A stretch of DNA of 62,804 nucleotides, the filler included, from Globobulimina sp. (lineage: Eukaryota): the NCBI GenBank assembly GCA_003354225.1. It is 25 parts of 25 records of this genome, joined end to end, with 100 filler letters (N's around TTAATTAATTAA, not from the genome) between each part and the next. Parts side by side here need not be neighbours in the genome. Positions count along the whole stretch, not along the records: positions 57,876 to 60,290 come from PIVH01006819.1; positions 60,391 to 62,804 come from PIVH01006820.1; 23 more parts are not named here. One strand, given 5' to 3'. Of this stretch, positions 60,285 through 62,804 are shown one piece after another. Within the stretch, counting starts at the first letter, position 1, and each line of letters opens with the position of its first letter. The notes beneath the pieces are model-generated. The model was not told the origin of the DNA and made no database searches. It saw nothing but the letters and a program-made list of their open reading frames with translations. The position numbers and the translations under genes were made by a program.

Positions 60285-60390
60285 AACGACNNNNNNNNNN
60301 NNNNNNNNNNNNNNNNNNNNNNNNNNNNNNNNNNTTAATTAATTAANNNNNNNNNNNNNNNNNNNNNNNNNNNNNNNNNNNNNNNNNNNN

Positions 60391-62804
60391 ATTGGTGGTA
60401 GGCTGTAAACCCCGGCGATATCAATGCATTGTTTGTGTTCGCATCCACGTGATCCATTTGCGCGTCGTGTACATTGTTATTGCTCTCATAACGGAGATGT
60501 TTTTCACTCTCAAACTCACCGAAATCGTCATCAAACTCCTCCGGCTCTTCACTGATAGGCGGAGGAATGGGGTTGTTTTTATTAAACAGCTTCTTATTCC
60601 TATGTTTGTATTTATATTCGTCCTCTGATAAATTGCTACTTTCCTCGTAATACGAGTCCGTGTAAGTACTCTGCGTATCGTTGCTTTGCGCACTCACCGC
60701 CGACGACAATGCACTGAGCACACTTTGCTTCTCTTTCTTTTTGCTCCTATTCTTGCCACCATACTTATTGCGTAAATCGTCAAAGGTCAAATTGCCATCC
60801 TCGCCATGTTCATCTTCGCGCTCCGCTGTGGAGACACTGACACTCACTGTAAACACCGCGCTCTTATCATGCGCCACATTGTCATGCACACCGTACTCAA
60901 TCCGCCGCTGTGGCAATTCCTCATCGATATCCTCCTCCTCCTCCTCCTCAGACGACGTAGTTTCGTCGCTATCCTCCTCGTCGTCAAACTGCGTCGTCGG
61001 CGTGTCTCTCTCCACCAAATCGCCCGAATCCACAGACAAAAATCTATTATCATTCATAGGTCGAAAATCTGCTTCCTGGACATGCACGTCATGCACTTTA
61101 ATATCAGGCAACATATCGAGCTCTTCATCGCGAGCAGGCTCACTATTCAATGCACTCAATAGCTCACATTGCAGCTCTTGCGGCATATCGGCCATATCGT
61201 CGGTGCCGGTATATTCGCTCTGGAAGTAATTATCTTGCGATGGAGGCACAGTATAATTGGTATTTGTGTCCAAATCTTCGTCATAATACTCAAACTCGCC
61301 GGTACTGTATTGTCCAGAATTGTGGCCGTTGTTATTCTGACTGTTTGCAAATTTCGTTTTCCATATTCGTTTGAAATCGTTTCTGGGACCGATGGCTGGG
61401 ATCAATTCCTTCCAATCTTCGGGCAATAAGTCCGCGAGTCTGTGATCTTTCACTTTGTGTTTATAGAAATTGCCCAAATATTCATCGTGGTATTGGCTGT
61501 CTACGCGTTGAAGCGTTCGCTGTATCCATTCATAGCCATTGCCGCCGCCGGCAAATATCTGCCGAGTGTCGTTATATTCGCCTTCATAGTTATTGTTGTT
61601 ATGCGTATATATCCCATCGACATATCCATCCAATACCTCCTCATACGGCTCTATGTCATTTGTATAATTTGCGTTTGCTGTGTCCATGTTGTGTTTTTTT
61701 TTCTTTTTTTTGACTTTTGGTGGTTTCCTGTACTTTACAGTGAGATTCGTATCAATAGCAACGCCCACATTATCCATGTCATCCATGTCATGCATATCGT
61801 CCATTACTATAATATCGGATTTATACCGTTTATTAAGCGTATTATTGTAGTTATCATTGGGCGACACGGCCGGCGTTGGAGTACAATCTTTAATGAGATG
61901 CATAGATGATTTGCTATTTGGTATACTGTCATCTTTATAGGCGGGCAAATCGTATGGTATTTGCTCTGAGGTTAGGCTCTGATCATAGCGCTGCCCGGTT
62001 CTTTTGGGCGATTGCAAATAATTGACTGCCAATCTATGTATATTTGTATTCGTATTGGTGTTGGATGAGCGCGACTGTATATGCGTATGCGTGTGTTTAT
62101 TAGTATCGTTTTTACGGTTCGTGTTACTTTCGCTGTACGCCCTTAATATGCCAATCTGTTTTGGTGCTAGTTCCAATTCATAGTTTGGTGGTTTTAAGTT
62201 CTTTCTACGTTGTAAATGGTTTAAGCGCCGTTTGAATGTTAAATATGCTAAGAAACAGAAAACAGTACAAAAACATAAGGTGATTACTGTACTGAATACT
62301 GTAATTTCTATATATTCATAGGATTGCATTTTATTGCTGTAATATTCATCGTCGCCGACCACAGTCCCACCGATTGGGTGTTGGGTTGTGATGTTGGTGG
62401 TATATGGAAACCAGGCAAATGTGGGCCGTTTCGTGGTGGACGTGGTAGGCGATGTGGATGGTGAACGAGTGGGAGAAACGCTTGTATCTAAACATGTTTT
62501 TTATAAAATATAACATACAAAAACATGTAAACATCTGTATACAAACCAGTTGGCAAATTGGTAGGACTGATAGTGGGCCAACCACTTGGTTGTAATGTCG
62601 GAGTGTGCGAAGGTAATGTGGTGGGCTGTGAAGTGGTGGGAATAGGCGGTGTGGATGGATTATGTGTGGGTGATAGGGATGGATTGTATGATGGATATGT
62701 TGTGGGTGAACTAGATGGAGTATACGTCGGTATATGCGTGGGATATTTGGTAGGTGTCGTGGATGGATTATTTGTGGGTGATATGGTGACGGTAACTTTT
62801 TATG
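60391..62804 (-). CDS. Type-I membrane protein: PT-rich mucin stalk, TM, SAM-like domain, acidic tail; intron 62488-62546; both ends truncated
   Basis: PT.xPS/PT repeats, TM ITVFSTVITLCFCTVFCFLAYL, YLGNFYKHKVKDHRLADL..WKELIPAIGPR. Confidence 0.7.

Noticed and set aside
2419-60390. Regularly spaced TTAATTAATTAA repeat resembling a CRISPR or satellite array
   Set aside because: It sits inside N-runs with identical 44/12/44 layout and separates size-sorted contigs; it is an artificial linker
1-62804. Operon or gene-cluster logic across linkers (e.g. GT25 + GT49 + lectin, or integrase + zeta toxin)
   Set aside because: The genes lie on unrelated contigs; adjacency reflects length sorting only
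1-62804. Ciliate-type genetic code (TAA/TAG = Gln)
   Set aside because: Conserved genes (H2A, RPS21, PP2C) end in TAA at expected positions and long ORFs have no internal stops
1-62804. rRNA, tRNA or CRISPR features
   Set aside because: None recognised by eye; tRNAscan-SE/Infernal would be needed to exclude small RNAs

Overview
This is not one locus. It is 25 unrelated contigs of about 2.4 kb (2418 down to 2414 nt, size-sorted), joined by an artificial 100-nt linker (44 N + TTAATTAATTAA + 44 N). Most sequence is nuclear DNA from an AT-rich microbial eukaryote with short GT-AG introns; the gene repertoire suggests a foraminiferan/rhizarian (inference). Recognisable genes include H2A.X, RPS21, mitochondrial S6, RPN5, PP2C, CYP450s, GT25/GT49, a CCR4-like nuclease, zinc fingers, VWD and lectin proteins. 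Five contigs begin with a truncated bacterial gene fused to eukaryotic DNA, most likely as amplification or assembly chimeras. The most interesting items are: (1) a DIRS/Ngaro-type tyrosine-recombinase retrotransposon (RT-RNase H plus YR, no methyltransferase) at 15109-17526; (2) a BTB/POZ protein fused to the USP7 UBL1-UBL2 substrate-binding module with no protease domain; (3) a membrane TM-SAM-Ubl-Ubl protein ending in a GG motif plus short tail; (4) three MITE-like elements, one a TA-flanked family shared by two contigs; (5) a recurrent non-coding 13-mer, TTATCCTTGCACT. All family calls come from motif recognition by eye; no database search was run.
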